Positions 19,516 to 30,636 of a stretch of 64,000 bases of DNA are shown in pieces. A program made the position numbers and the translations under genes. Positions within the stretch are counted from its first letter, which is position 1. Every line of letters begins with the position of its first letter. The notes below the pieces were generated by a model. That model searched no databases. It saw nothing but the letters and a program-made list of their open reading frames with translations, and was not told where the DNA came from. Origin of the DNA: Candidatus Marinacidobacterales bacterium (lineage in GTDB: Bacteria > Acidobacteriota > Vicinamibacteria > Marinacidobacterales > SMYC01); NCBI GenBank assembly GCA_965237955.1, contig OZ250169.1, forward strand, positions 5,760,001-5,824,000, written 5' to 3'.

Positions 19516-21671
19516 CGCCGTCCGGACAACAAGTCCAGAGAGTTCTCTCGGAAGTCTCCGGCAGCCGAGTGCGCAACTTCAGCATTTACGCGAGCGTCGT
19601 CACCGTTGCGGCTGCGAGCGCGGCGGGACTCTTCGTCCGTGACGCCGCCATCGTCATCGGAGCGGGGATGACCACGAGCGATATCGCGCGGCTCGCCTAC
19701 GTCGCGCTCCTCATTGCCGGGCTCACGTATTCGACGTTCCACTACGCCCGGAAGCACCACAGCCAGCTCGACGAGCTCGCACTTCTGTGTTCCTCGTTTG
19801 CGGCGTGAACTTGATTGTCCAGCTGACAGGCGGTGCACGCTCCTATTGGCAGGGCTTGTACCTCGTGTTGGGAGGATTGGCGTCGGTGGCGTTTTCCCGT
19901 CGACTGGTTGTGGTGCTCGTCGCACTCGTTCTGTGCCTCGAGGTCTCGAATTTTCTCCTCGCGCCGCAAACCCTACAGGGCACGGCAGGCTCGCCGGTCG
20001 ATTTGTTCCGGCTCGCGCTACTCTTTCTTCTCGCAGTCGTTGGCTACAACTATATGGAGCGCGTCGATCGAGAACGAGCCGAGCGTGCCGAGGACCGGCT
20101 CCTGCGATTGAATGCGGGACTGAAACAGCTGGGTGCAACCGACGAAGACGAAGACGCTGCCGTCTCGCCTTTGAGTGCAGACGGGCAACGCATCGGTCGA
20201 GCCGAGCAACTGCAACGTCTCGAATTGCACCTCGCACCGCTTCTGCAGCTCGTCACCAAGGCTACCGATGCGCGCGATGCGGTGCTTCTAAGTCGCTGAA
20301 GGGAAGGCTCCTATTGGGTGCGCCTCGCTGCGGAAGGAGACGTCGAGCCGCGGCAGTTCGACGTACGCGGCAGCTTCCTCGCGGAAGTGCTTGCGAACGG
20401 AGCGACCGGTGTCGCTCGAATCGGGGAACACCGCGTACCGACTTCCGTGGTGGCTGGACTCGGTCCCAGTACAGTCCGTCCAGTCCGTTCTCGCCATCCC
20501 GATTCGAATATGGGACGAGCCTCCGTGGATCCTCGTCCTCGACCACGAGGAGCCCGAGCACTTCGAGACCGAGCGCCGCGAAATGGCGGTCGCGGTTGCG
20601 GCGCAGATGTCCGAAGCTCAGGCGCTCTTCCGGCGGCAGGCGAAGCACTACGTCGAGGAGCTCGAGCTCAAAGGGCTTCTGCGCGCGAGCGAGAAGCTCT
20701 CGAGCTCTGTGCGGTTAGTCGAGCTCTTGCGGCACGTGGTCGACTACGCGCGCGAAGTGGGGAAGTTCGACACGTGCAGCGTCTGTCTCATGTCGGACGG
20801 CAACGAAGAGTTCTCGGTCGCGGTCGCGGAGGGTTACCGCAAGGAGATTCTCGGAAAGACGTTCCCACTCGAAGCTCCCACGTGGGCCGGTTGGGTGTTG
20901 CGCGCGCGGGAAGAGCCTCTCGCGATCCGCATGGAGCGACGCTCCGGTATGCCGATTCTCGATCCCAAGGAGCGAGCGACGACGGGCGGGGGCTTTCTCA
21001 CGATGCCGCTCCGAGCGCAACAGCGAGTTTGCGGAGCGTTGTTTCTCACCCGGGAAGGCGAGGGGTTCACCGCGCGCGAGCTGCGACTGCTTCGTATCTA
21101 TTGCAACCAGGCGGCGGTCGCCATCGAGAACGCGATCGTCTACGAGCGCGTCGAGAATCTCGCGGCAACCGACGGTTTGACCGGTCTGTTCAATCGTCGC
21201 TATCTCGAAGGCGCGCTCGAGCGCGAGCTCGCGCGAGCGGATCGGAGTAGCTCGAGCCTTGCGCTTCTTCTGCTCGACATCGATCACTTCAAGAGTTTCA
21301 ACGATAACTACGGTCACGCGATGGGTGATCTGGTGTTGAAGAAAGTCGCATTGACGCTTCAGCGGTGCTTGCGCCAGGCCGACGTTCTGGCGCGTTTCGG
21401 GGGAGAGGAGTTCGTCGTGCTGTTGCCGCAAGTGGGTGCGCGCGGCGCCATGGAGTCGGCCGAACGCATCCGGGCGGCACTCGAGCGCTCCGGCATCCAT
21501 CCGGGAGGACCCCGGCAACGAGTGACCGTGAGCATTGGTCTCGCGATGTTTCCCGACCACGCCGACTCGTCAGAGTCCTTGTTGCGCGCTGCCGACGAGG
21601 CGTTGTACCGGGCGAAAGACGCGGGTCGCAATCGTATCGTCGGCGCTGAACTTCCGGTTCCAACCTTGTAG
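19512..21671 (+). pseudogene. Membrane-anchored GAF-GGDEF diguanylate cyclase, disrupted near 19788, 20297 and 20390
   Basis: TM helices in ORFs 19512 and 19787; GAF region; TDGLTGLFNRR, DIDHFK, RQAD I-site and ARFGGEEF in ORF 20391-21671. Confidence 0.82.
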
Positions 21672-21859
21672 CCGATTCGTGGATTACTACGAAGCGCTCG
21701 GCGTAGCACGAGACGCAACCGTTGCCGAGATCAAGAAGGCCTATCGGGCGCTGGTCAAGGAAGTTCATCCCGATAGCGGCAACCCCGGCGACATCGCCCG
21801 CTTCCACGCAATCCAGAAAGCGTACGAGGTGTTGTCGGACCTGAGTCAACGCCAGGCGT

Positions 21860-23304
21860 GGAGGTGCCCCCACCATAGTTGAAGGTTCGAGGTGGTGGCG
21901 GCTCCTGACACATGGTTTACCCGACTTTGGCGTGCTTGTCGAGCGCTTGATTCTCAGTGACCTCCGCTAACTTCGCTTCGAGGATCGGTAGCGATTGGTA
22001 TCCAATGATACGACGGAAATTTTTCTCCGTGGCGAGCAGAGCCGAAGCGGCCCATCTCAGAACCATCTTGCCATTGCGCCAGCGGGTGACGCGACGGGTA
22101 CGACCTCGCGCACCGCTGAAGCACGACTCGATGATGTTCGTCGATCCAAGGCAGCGTTTCAGAGATGCGGGGAGGTCGAGCTCGTTGATGGTGAACATCT
22201 CGTCGAGCCCCTCCCGGATGCTCTCCGCCGCCGAGGGGTAGTCGTCCTCGAGCCACTTCGCCTGTTGCTCCAACCGCGCTTTGCCCTTCTTTGCTGGGAG
22301 CTGCCAGGCCGAACGCAGGCTCGCTTGCACTTGCGGCTTCAGCTCCTGCGGCAGATAACCGAGCACATTGCGCTCCTTGTGCTTCCTGCAACGCTGGACC
22401 TTGTTGTGGGTACCGAACACAGCGTCGACGGCGACCCGTAGCGCCTTGGAGCCATCGATCACGAACAGCCGACACCGCTCTGGGCTCAGGCCTCGTTCGA
22501 CCAGGTCCTCCAGCAGCGCCTTGCACACTATCTGGTTCTCCGATGCTCCATCCCGAAGCCCCAGAACATGCTTGTATCCCTCTGTATCTACGCCGATTGC
22601 CGCCAGCGCGTGGTGCTCGCCGAAGCGAATCCCGTCCAGGTACACGACCGCGATCTCCAGCTCGTCCAGCGGACGCTCCATCAGCCCCTGCAACTGCTCC
22701 GCGCTTGCTTCCACGAACTCACGGCTCACCTCGCTCTTGCTAACCCCTACCGTCTCCGCCATCTCGGGAAGAACCGACGCGTACTTGCGCGTCGACACAC
22801 CCAGCATCAGGATTTCCCAGATGCGTTGGCTCAGCCGAGACGAGTTGTTCACCGCTTCGTAGGCAGGAATCGCAACCTCCCCTCCCTCTGCCTTTCCCTT
22901 ACGCCGCAGACGTGGCCGGCTCACTCTCAACTTCCGCTCCGCAAGGCTTACTACGCCACCCTGCCGGCCGTGCCAGCGAACATCGCTACCCTTCTTCCCC
23001 GGGTGTTTCTCCCCAGCCACACTTTGGGCTGACAGATCCAAGACCGCTTCGATCGTCGCTCGGCCAGCAACGTCGATCACTTCGTCGATCGCTATCTCGG
23101 TTCGCTCAATCGCATCCAAGAACGGCAACAGAGCTTGCCCCTTCGAGCTCAGTATCTCTAGAAGCTTCTTCCTGTTCTTCGCATCGATGATTTGGTGATT
23201 TGACATCGTGGTGGCTCCTTTCTTTTTCCTTCACAGCCGGATTCTATCGAACCCGGCCTTAGGAGCCGCCACTCCTAACCTTCAGCTATCTCAGGGGCAT
23301 CTCC
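21860..23304 (-). mobile_element. IS256-family element, copy 1
   Basis: IRs GGAGGTGCCCC...GGGGCATCTCC; 8-bp TSD CCAGGCGT (21852-21859 and 23305-23312). Confidence 0.95.
21917..23206 (-). CDS. IS256 (mutator) transposase
   Basis: GVSTRK, VYLDG, VIDGSKAL, QRCRKHKERN and STNIIES motifs. Confidence 0.95.
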   Translation of the reverse strand: MSNHQIIDAKNRKKLLEILSSKGQALLPFLDAIERTEIAIDEVIDVAGRATIEAVLDLSAQSVAGEKHPGKKGSDVRWHGRQGGVVSLAERKLRVSRPRLRRKGKAEGGEVAIPAYEAVNNSSRLSQRIWEILMLGVSTRKYASVLPEMAETVGVSKSEVSREFVEASAEQLQGLMERPLDELEIAVVYLDGIRFGEHHALAAIGVDTEGYKHVLGLRDGASENQIVCKALLEDLVERGLSPERCRLFVIDGSKALRVAVDAVFGTHNKVQRCRKHKERNVLGYLPQELKPQVQASLRSAWQLPAKKGKARLEQQAKWLEDDYPSAAESIREGLDEMFTINELDLPASLKRCLGSTNIIESCFSGARGRTRRVTRWRNGKMVLRWAASALLATEKNFRRIIGYQSLPILEAKLAEVTENQALDKHAKVG

Positions 23305-23738
23305 CCAGGCGTACGATTCGGGCCGGTCGCCCATGGGCCTGACCAGCCTGACAAGCTGGACAGGGGGGTTCGAAGAACCCCTCGTCCCGTTCCGGGAAGT
23401 CCGCCCGCGAACCCCACCGACGTCGGCGCACCTCGACATCGTTCTTTCTCCGGAGCAAGCGCAACGCGGCGGTGAAGTCGTCCTCGAAGCACCCAACGAG
23501 AGAAGTTGTGAGCCAGGTGCCGGGCGAGGGCTGGACTTTTTCGGCTGGTGCAGCGAGTGTCGAGGCGAAGGCTGGCTACAGACCCGCGAGCGCATCCGTT
23601 TCCGCGTGAAGCCCGGCCTGAACCACGGCGACATCGTCACGGCTAGAGCAAGCGACGGCCGAGTAATAAGCGCCCAGATCCGAATCCGCTAGACGAGCGG
23701 CCATCCGGAAAGTGCTCCCTGCCTCATACCGAAAAACA

Positions 23739-23835
23739 AACGCAAAGACGCCAAGGCGCGGGGACGCAAAGGAAAAGAGAGAATCAGCGCCAAAGGCGCC
23801 CACTTGGCGCCTTTGCGACCCTGCGCCTTTGCGTT
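23739..23835. repeat. Octamer-unit REP-like palindrome, copy 2
   Basis: AACGCAAAGACGCCAAGGCGCGGGGACGCAAAG ... CTTGGCGCCTTTGCGACCCTGCGCCTTTGCGTT between convergent genes. Confidence 0.8.
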
Positions 23836-23858
23836 GAGAGTTTTGTCGGCGGTCTAGT

Positions 23859-24125
23859 CTAGTCGGTGAGGCGAAAAGTCTCAGTCGGGTCGTCTTTGTC
23901 AGCGCCGTTGAACCTGTTGTAGGGGAACTTCGACAGCAGCCAGAAACGGAAGCCTCCGAAGGCGATCCCGATGGCGAATGCCACCGCAAGCACGATGCCG
24001 ATGAAGTAGAAGGTGTGCAAGATGAACCACACGAAAGACGGTTCCGGGTCGGGATCTGTGAGCGTGAAGTATCGGATCGCCGGTTGTTCCGTTTGAGCCC
24101 AGAGAAACGCGATCACGTGGCGCAT
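23859..24125 (-). CDS. Small hypothetical membrane protein
   Basis: Single hydrophobic segment FYFIGIVLAVAFAIGIAFGGF; lies directly downstream of the amidase on the same strand. Confidence 0.6.
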   Translation of the reverse strand: MRHVIAFLWAQTEQPAIRYFTLTDPDPEPSFVWFILHTFYFIGIVLAVAFAIGIAFGGFRFWLLSKFPYNRFNGADKDDPTETFRLTD

Positions 24126-24143
24126 TGCGCCCCATTTTAGCAA

Positions 24144-25841
24144 TTATTGCTCCGCGACGGCGGTGGCAACGACATCGAGGCTCGTTTTGCGGACCAGGGT
24201 GCCGTGGTAGCTGCGAATTCCCTGTGCGATCGACTGCGCGATCTTCTTGCGGTAGGCGGCGTCTTCGAGTAGCTGTTCGTCTTTACGGTTCGAGAGGTAC
24301 GCGACCTCGACGAGCACCGACGGAACCCGCGCGCCCAAGAGCACGTAGAAGGGCGCCGTCTTCACGCCACGGTTTCGGAAGTCTCTCGTCGACTTGAACA
24401 GGCCCGTCGCCATTTTGGTCTGCACGTGGCTCGCAAGCTCACGCGACTCTTCGATCTTGGAGTTGTTCATGACCTTCTGGAGAAGCTCGTTGAGCTCCGA
24501 AAGGCGCCGGGTCGTCGAAGCGTTCTCCCGAGCCGCGACTTCGGCCGCGTCGGGGGTCGTCGCGAGGTTGAGGTAGTACGTTTCGATACCGCGGGGCCTC
24601 GAGCTGCGGCTCGCGTTCACGTGGATGGAGACGAACAAGTCCGCGCCTTTCGAGTTGGCGATCGCAGTGCGCTCTTCGAGAGGAATGAACACGTCCTTGT
24701 TGCGAGTCATGAACACTTCGAACCCTTCGCTCACGAGAAGCTTTGACACGCGCCTGGAAATATCGAGCACGAGGTCTTTTTCCCGCAAACCCTTCTTGCT
24801 CATCGTCCCCGGGTCGTGTCCGCCGTGCCCGGGATCGATGACGACCCGGCGCGCCTCCAACCCGAGCTGCTGCGCCAGCGAATGGCCACCATCGCTTCGC
24901 GGGTCCGGCGCCAAGTCGACGACGGCTTCGGGCGCATTTTGCAAGGGCTCCGGTTTCTTCCCCGAGATGTCGACGACGAGTCGATATGGGTCAGGAAGCC
25001 AAAAGACGTTGTAGTCGCTGATGCTCTCGAAGTCCAGAACGACGCGAACGGTATCCGGGTTGTTCTGGCCGACACGGATCTGTTTCAAGAAACCGCCGTC
25101 GACGGGAAACGGCTTCGACGCGAGCGCTTTGGTGACGCGCGTGCCGAGAAGATCGAAATAGATACGGTCCGGGTTTTCGAGCTTCCCCTGGCGGTACTTG
25201 ACATCCTTGTCCAAATCGATGACGACGCGGGTGTACTCGCGCTTCGAGTCGGACCAATGCCGGATGTTCCGGACGCCTATTACTCCGGGCGGCAAGCTTT
25301 CGCTCGCGGCGCGTTTCGGCCGCGACATGTTCTCTAGCAGCCGCCTCGCCTCGGAGGCCTCGCTGGTGTTGGGCCACTGAGACGTCACTTTGCGAAACTC
25401 GATGCTTGCGCTCTTGCGTTCCGAGCGCTCGAGAAAGATCTTCCCCCGTGTGAGCCGGGCGCGCTTGGCCCATTTGCTCGATGGGTAACCGTTCGCGAGG
25501 AGGAGGTGAGTGTCGAGACTTCGTTGCAGGGCAGCCCGATCCTCGAAGCGCCGGTGGATCTCGAGAAGGATCTCACCCTCGTAGTAGAGCGCGTCGTCGC
25601 TGTAACCGCTCTGTGGATGCGCGAGCACGACCTTCCGGTATGCCTTGGCCACGTTGTTCCATTCGGACTTTTTTTTCAGGCGTGCTTTGGACTGGTGGAG
25701 CTTCTTCTCGGACGCCTGAGCGTCCTTGTAAAGCGTGGCGGCAGACCTCTGAGCTTCGACAACACCGGGCGCGAGAGCCCAGAGGAAAACCATAATACCG
25801 ACACCGAGCGCGGTACTAGCGGAGCTGCTGATCGACCTCAT
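24144..25841 (-). CDS. N-acetylmuramoyl-L-alanine amidase (TPR + AMIN + Amidase_3)
   Basis: VIDPGHGGHDPG, EKDLVL, LEERTAIAN, FVSIHVNA and PSVLVEVAY motifs; AMIN RVVIDL and RLVVDI. Confidence 0.92.
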   Translation of the reverse strand: MRSISSSASTALGVGIMVFLWALAPGVVEAQRSAATLYKDAQASEKKLHQSKARLKKKSEWNNVAKAYRKVVLAHPQSGYSDDALYYEGEILLEIHRRFEDRAALQRSLDTHLLLANGYPSSKWAKRARLTRGKIFLERSERKSASIEFRKVTSQWPNTSEASEARRLLENMSRPKRAASESLPPGVIGVRNIRHWSDSKREYTRVVIDLDKDVKYRQGKLENPDRIYFDLLGTRVTKALASKPFPVDGGFLKQIRVGQNNPDTVRVVLDFESISDYNVFWLPDPYRLVVDISGKKPEPLQNAPEAVVDLAPDPRSDGGHSLAQQLGLEARRVVIDPGHGGHDPGTMSKKGLREKDLVLDISRRVSKLLVSEGFEVFMTRNKDVFIPLEERTAIANSKGADLFVSIHVNASRSSRPRGIETYYLNLATTPDAAEVAARENASTTRRLSELNELLQKVMNNSKIEESRELASHVQTKMATGLFKSTRDFRNRGVKTAPFYVLLGARVPSVLVEVAYLSNRKDEQLLEDAAYRKKIAQSIAQGIRSYHGTLVRKTSLDVVATAVAEQ

Positions 25842-28113
25842 TGAAATAGTCCTTCGGTACGAGAACCTCGCGTCGATTCGAACCTTCGGCCGGCCCTATT
25901 AGCCCGTCCGCTTCGAGCATGTCCATGATTCTGGCGGCGCGGCTGTAGCCGAGACGCAGGCGGCGCTGAAGGTGTGACGTTGACGCGGCGCGCGTTTCCA
26001 CGACGAGGCGCGCCGCCTTGTCGAACATCTCGTCTTTCTCGAAAGCCTGGGCCTCGTTGCTTTCTTGTGCTCGAAGAATCGCCTGATTGTACTCCGGTTT
26101 GCCCTCGCGTCTCCAAAACGCGACCAGACGCCCCACTTCGGCTACCGAGACGAACGGGCCGTGGAGGCGCAGCAGCCTCGCCGAGCCCGGCGGCAACAAC
26201 AACATGTCGCCGCGTCCTAGAAGCTGCTCGGCGCCGTTCGAATCGAGGATCGTGCGCGAGTCGACTCGCGAGGCGACGCGAAACGCGATCCGCGTAGGGA
26301 AGTTCGCTTTGATGATCCCGGTGATGACGTCCACCGAGGGACGTTGAGTCGCGAGCACAAGGTGGATGCCGACGGCGCGCGCCATCTGCGCGAGGCGGGT
26401 AATCGCGTCCTCGACGTCCGAGGACGACACCATCATCAAATCCGCGAACTCGTCGATCACCACCATCACATACGGAAGTGGCCGGAGCGGCTCGCCGTTC
26501 TCGTCTTCTTTCTTCTCTCCGGCCTCGACCGCGCCCCTGATGATGTTGTTGTATTGATCGATGTTACGGACGCCTTCGGAGGCCAGCATTTTGATGCGGC
26601 TCTCCATCTCGAAGACGATCCACTTGAGGACGTCGCTCGCTTTTTTCGGTTCGGTGACCACCGGTGTCAGAAGGTGCGGGATGTCCTGATAGAACCCGAG
26701 CTCGATCCGTTTCGGATCGATGAGAATGAATTTCACCTCATCGGGTGTGGACTTGTAGAGAATCGAGCAGATGATGCTGTTCAACAGGACCGACTTGCCG
26801 CTACCGGTCGCGCCCGCAATGAGCACGTGGGGCATGCGCGCGAGGTCGCTGACGTAGGGGGCACCGGCGATCGTTTTTCCGAGCGCCAGGGTGAGCCGCG
26901 AGGCGCTCGAGCCGAACTCGTCGGTCTCGAGAATCTCGCGAAGTCCGATCGTCTCGCGAACGGTGTTCGGGATCTCGATTCCCACGGTCGATTTGCCCGG
27001 GATGCGATCGATGCGGACGGATTCGGCCTGAAGCGCCAAGCACAAATCTTCAGCGAGGGAGGTGATCTTGGCGTACTTGATCCCCGCGTCCGGTTTGAAC
27101 TCGAACGTCGTCACCACCGGACCCGGGTGGATCTGTTGCACCGCTCCTTGGACCGCGAACTCACGGCAGCGCTGCTGAAGGAGTTTGGCGCGCTCCATGA
27201 GGTCCTTTTCGTCCGTTTTCACCTCGTACCGTCGCGCTTCGAGGATACCGAATGGCGGTGTGTTCCACCGGCCCTTCTTCGGTGTGAACGGAAGGATCTC
27301 CTGCTTCTCCTGCTTTTGCGGCGTCACCGATGTAGCCGACACTGCCTTTTCCGCCATGACCTTCGCGACGCCAACTGAGGGCGTGTCGCTGCTGTTGTTG
27401 GCGTCTGCTTCTTGGTCCTTCTTGATACGCGCCTGCTTGGCGTGTTTCTTGACGACGCGCTCGCGAAGCTTCTCCTTCCGCCGGCTTTCGCGGTAGTGGT
27501 GGAATGCGATCAACCACTCGTTCGACTTGCGTCGCTGCCAACTCCGGAACGCCTTGACGCCGCTACTGAGCGACCAGTGGGTGGCGGCGGTGAGTGCGGT
27601 GAACCACAGCGTGACCAGCAGGATGAACGCACCAATAGGGTTGAGAAGCGAAACCAGATACGACGCGAGCAGTTGCCCTAACGCGCCACCGGCGGGCGCG
27701 AGCTGCCCGCTCAACGGGATTTCGCCGAGAGCTAGCGCCAAAAGCGCCGAGAAGCTCGTAACGAGCGTGGCCAGCCCGATGATTCTGCTGATGCGGGAGT
27801 CGATCAGATGGTACCAGAACCGGTTCCAGCCCGCGAAGAACAAGAACGCTGCGAGCAAGTACGACGCCAACCCGAACACCTGGAGGAACGCTTCCGAAAG
27901 GAATGCGCCCGCGGGGCCGATCAAGTTCTCGGTCGGGCGCGGTGTCATCTCCTTGAAATACCACGCGGGATCGGTCGGGACGTGTGAGAGAAGGCTCACC
28001 GCCAACATGAGCGCCGTCGCCATCGAGACGACGCCGGTGATCTCGGAGAGCCGCTCCGTGGGAATCCAGCTCTCGATCTCGCTTCTACGAGCTGTCGAGC
28101 GCGACGTAGGCAA
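25816..28113 (-). CDS. ftsK: DNA translocase FtsK
   Basis: 4TM N-terminus; GPVVT, PHVLIAGATGSGKS, IDEFADLMM, LATQRPSVDVITG; gamma domain LQRRLRLGYSRAA. Confidence 0.96.
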   Translation of the reverse strand: MPTSRSTARRSEIESWIPTERLSEITGVVSMATALMLAVSLLSHVPTDPAWYFKEMTPRPTENLIGPAGAFLSEAFLQVFGLASYLLAAFLFFAGWNRFWYHLIDSRISRIIGLATLVTSFSALLALALGEIPLSGQLAPAGGALGQLLASYLVSLLNPIGAFILLVTLWFTALTAATHWSLSSGVKAFRSWQRRKSNEWLIAFHHYRESRRKEKLRERVVKKHAKQARIKKDQEADANNSSDTPSVGVAKVMAEKAVSATSVTPQKQEKQEILPFTPKKGRWNTPPFGILEARRYEVKTDEKDLMERAKLLQQRCREFAVQGAVQQIHPGPVVTTFEFKPDAGIKYAKITSLAEDLCLALQAESVRIDRIPGKSTVGIEIPNTVRETIGLREILETDEFGSSASRLTLALGKTIAGAPYVSDLARMPHVLIAGATGSGKSVLLNSIICSILYKSTPDEVKFILIDPKRIELGFYQDIPHLLTPVVTEPKKASDVLKWIVFEMESRIKMLASEGVRNIDQYNNIIRGAVEAGEKKEDENGEPLRPLPYVMVVIDEFADLMMVSSSDVEDAITRLAQMARAVGIHLVLATQRPSVDVITGIIKANFPTRIAFRVASRVDSRTILDSNGAEQLLGRGDMLLLPPGSARLLRLHGPFVSVAEVGRLVAFWRREGKPEYNQAILRAQESNEAQAFEKDEMFDKAARLVVETRAASTSHLQRRLRLGYSRAARIMDMLEADGLIGPAEGSNRREVLVPKDYFNEVDQQLR

Positions 28114-28885
28114 GTACCGCTCCTCCCAGAACGAGGCAATAGTAGCCGAACAAGTGAAACCTTTGGCTCTCTAGAAATTTGATGACGATTCCGATGGAAA
28201 CATAGCCTATGGCGAACGCCGTCAAGAATCCAGCCGCGTAGCCGAGCCACGCATCGCCGCTCACCGCGGCGGCGTCTTTCAAGTTGAACGCCGCGGCGCC
28301 GAGAATCGCGGGGATGGAGAGCAGAAACGAGAACCGTGCGGCGGTGCCGTGCGCGAGTCCTCGGGCGAGGCCGGCGCCGATCGTCCAACCGGAGCGAGAG
28401 ATGCCGGGAACGAGCGCGGCGCTCTGACACAGGCCGACGACGAGTGCATCTTTGGGCTCGAGACGATCGAGGGTGCGCTCGCCCCTCGAGAACCAGGACG
28501 TCGCCAGAAGCCAGATGCCGGTAACACCCAACGATACCCCTACCACCGAGAGGTTTTCAAAGCTCGCTTCGATCGCGTCTTTGAACAGCAGAGCCGCCAC
28601 CATCGCGGGAATCGTTCCGAGAACGAGGAGCGCGAAGAGGCGTCGACCCGGCGCGCCCACATCCCCCGGCTTCCATCCCGAGAGCACGAGCCCGACTTCG
28701 CGCCGCAGATAGAGCAGCACCGCGCCCAGGGTTCCGAGATGCAGCACTACGTCGAATGTGAGCCCGGGCTGTTCGAAATCACTCATGAAATGTTGAGCAA
28801 TCACGAGATGTCCCGAGCTCGAGACCGGGAGGAACTCCGTGAGTCCCTGCACGACTCCGAGCCAAATCGCCGTGGTCGCGCTCAC
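28085..28885 (-). CDS. uppP: Undecaprenyl-diphosphate phosphatase
   Basis: QGLTEFLPVSSSGHL, PGISRSG and FSFLLSIP motifs; GTG start overlaps the rnj stop. Confidence 0.93.
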   Translation of the reverse strand: MSATTAIWLGVVQGLTEFLPVSSSGHLVIAQHFMSDFEQPGLTFDVVLHLGTLGAVLLYLRREVGLVLSGWKPGDVGAPGRRLFALLVLGTIPAMVAALLFKDAIEASFENLSVVGVSLGVTGIWLLATSWFSRGERTLDRLEPKDALVVGLCQSAALVPGISRSGWTIGAGLARGLAHGTAARFSFLLSIPAILGAAAFNLKDAAAVSGDAWLGYAAGFLTAFAIGYVSIGIVIKFLESQRFHLFGYYCLVLGGAVLAYVALDSS

Positions 28886-30579
28886 GGCTCTTCCTCCGAT
28901 TCGACGACCACGGGAAGGATGACCGGCCTGCGAATGCCACGCTTGCGAAAAAAACGCTTGAGCGTCGACTCGAGCAGGTCTTCGATAGAGTTCTCGTTCT
29001 CCGCATCGTCGCTCGATAGCTTCTCGATTGCGGCAAGCATCACGTCGTGTGCTTCCGACAACAAAGCCTCGGCATCCTCGTTCTCGATGAAGCCGCGGCT
29101 CAGGATGTCGGAGACTTGCGGTCGACGTCCTGGAGACAGCGAGACCATCGGAACCACGACGCCCGTGGCCGCGAGACGTCGACGGTCCCGCACCACACAA
29201 TCCTCCACCAAGCCCAGGCCGCTCCCATCCAAGAGTACCTGCTTCAAGTCGAAGTGATCGACCATCTGGGCCCCGCCGGCCCCTTCGGCAGTGACGCGGA
29301 CGACGTCGCCGTCTTCGGCGAGGAACACGTTATCGGGGTCGACGCCGCTCGAGCGTGCGATCTTCGCGTGGTGGAAAAGCTGGCGCCACTCCCCGTGGAT
29401 GGGAATGAAAGACTTTGGTTTCACGAGGCGCAACACCATATCGAGGTCTTCTGCGCTCCCGTGACCGGAGACGTGCACGTGCGCATCGCGCTGTTGTACG
29501 ACGTCTGCACCGAGACGGAAGAGCCGATTCACGACGCGGTTGACCGCGCGCTCGTTCCCTGGAATCACGCGCGAGCTCAAGATGACCCTATCTCCGGGCT
29601 CGAGCTTGACGTAGCGGTGGGTATCGTTCGCGATTTGCGACAGCGCGGAGAGCTGCTCGCCCTGGCTGCCCGCGGTGATGACGAGCTGTTTCGAGCGCGG
29701 GACGTTGTCGAGGTCTTCCGCCGCCCACAGCACACCGGCGGGCACCCGGAGGTATCCGACGTCGATGGCGGTCTGCACGTTTCCGACCATACTGCGTCCG
29801 AGCAGGGCGACCTTGCGGCCGAGCTCGGCTGCGATGTCGATTGCCACCTGAACCCGGTGTGTGCTCGACGTGAAGCACGAGAGCAGGACGCGACCGGGCG
29901 CATCCCGCACGAGCTCGTCAAACGCGGCGGCGACGGAGCTCTCGGTGTCGGTCCGGCCCGAGACTTCGGCGTTGGTGCTGTCCGAGAGCATGCACAAAAT
30001 GCCTTCATCACCCAGAGATGCGAGCCGCTTCAAATCGATCGGCGGCCCAACCGGCGGTGCGTCGTCGACTTTGAAATCCCCAGTGTGGAGAATTTTGCCG
30101 AACGGAGTTTCCAGAACCACGGCCACGGCGTCCGCGAGGCTATGGGTAACGTGCACCAGCTCCGCGCCGAACGCTCCGATCGAGAAGCTCTCTCCCGGTG
30201 TTACCTCGACGAGCTCGACGTCGTCCAAGAGCTCGTGCTCGTCCAGCCGTTTCCGGATCATCGCGATCGTCAGCTTGGTGCCGTAGACGGGAACGCCGAG
30301 CCGCTTTGCCACGTAAGGGAGAGCACCGATATGGTCTTCGTGCGCGTGGGTGATGACGATTCCCTGGAGCGCCTCCCGGTGCTCGTCCACATAGCTGGTG
30401 TCGGGAAGGATGAGGTCCACGCCCGCGTGCTCGTGGCCGGGAAACATGATGCCCGCGTCCACGACGACCATCGAGTCGTCCATCCGGTAGGTCATCATGT
30501 TCATCCCGAACTCGCCCAGCCCGCCGAGCGGAACGATATCGAGAGAGCTACCGGTGGAGCGCTCGACAGATTTCACCAT
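28882..30579 (-). CDS. rnj: Ribonuclease J
   Basis: PLGGLGEFGMN, THAHEDHIG, HTGDFK, DSTNA, HVSGH and PIHGE motifs. Confidence 0.95.
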   Translation of the reverse strand: MVKSVERSTGSSLDIVPLGGLGEFGMNMMTYRMDDSMVVVDAGIMFPGHEHAGVDLILPDTSYVDEHREALQGIVITHAHEDHIGALPYVAKRLGVPVYGTKLTIAMIRKRLDEHELLDDVELVEVTPGESFSIGAFGAELVHVTHSLADAVAVVLETPFGKILHTGDFKVDDAPPVGPPIDLKRLASLGDEGILCMLSDSTNAEVSGRTDTESSVAAAFDELVRDAPGRVLLSCFTSSTHRVQVAIDIAAELGRKVALLGRSMVGNVQTAIDVGYLRVPAGVLWAAEDLDNVPRSKQLVITAGSQGEQLSALSQIANDTHRYVKLEPGDRVILSSRVIPGNERAVNRVVNRLFRLGADVVQQRDAHVHVSGHGSAEDLDMVLRLVKPKSFIPIHGEWRQLFHHAKIARSSGVDPDNVFLAEDGDVVRVTAEGAGGAQMVDHFDLKQVLLDGSGLGLVEDCVVRDRRRLAATGVVVPMVSLSPGRRPQVSDILSRGFIENEDAEALLSEAHDVMLAAIEKLSSDDAENENSIEDLLESTLKRFFRKRGIRRPVILPVVVESEEEP

Positions 30580-30636
30580 TAGTGATAGGGGGTTAGCTTC
30601 CCGAAGCTCAGGAATCGCTTCAATATTACCAGACAA

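Larger units (their letters stand above)
21679..23692 (+). pseudogene. DnaJ-domain protein interrupted by IS256
   Basis: DYYEALGV...IKKAYR...HPD...AYEVLSD; removing the IS and one TSD gives QRQAYDSGRSPM in frame with ORF 23333-23692 (CSECRGEG, DnaJ-C-like). Confidence 0.85.
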
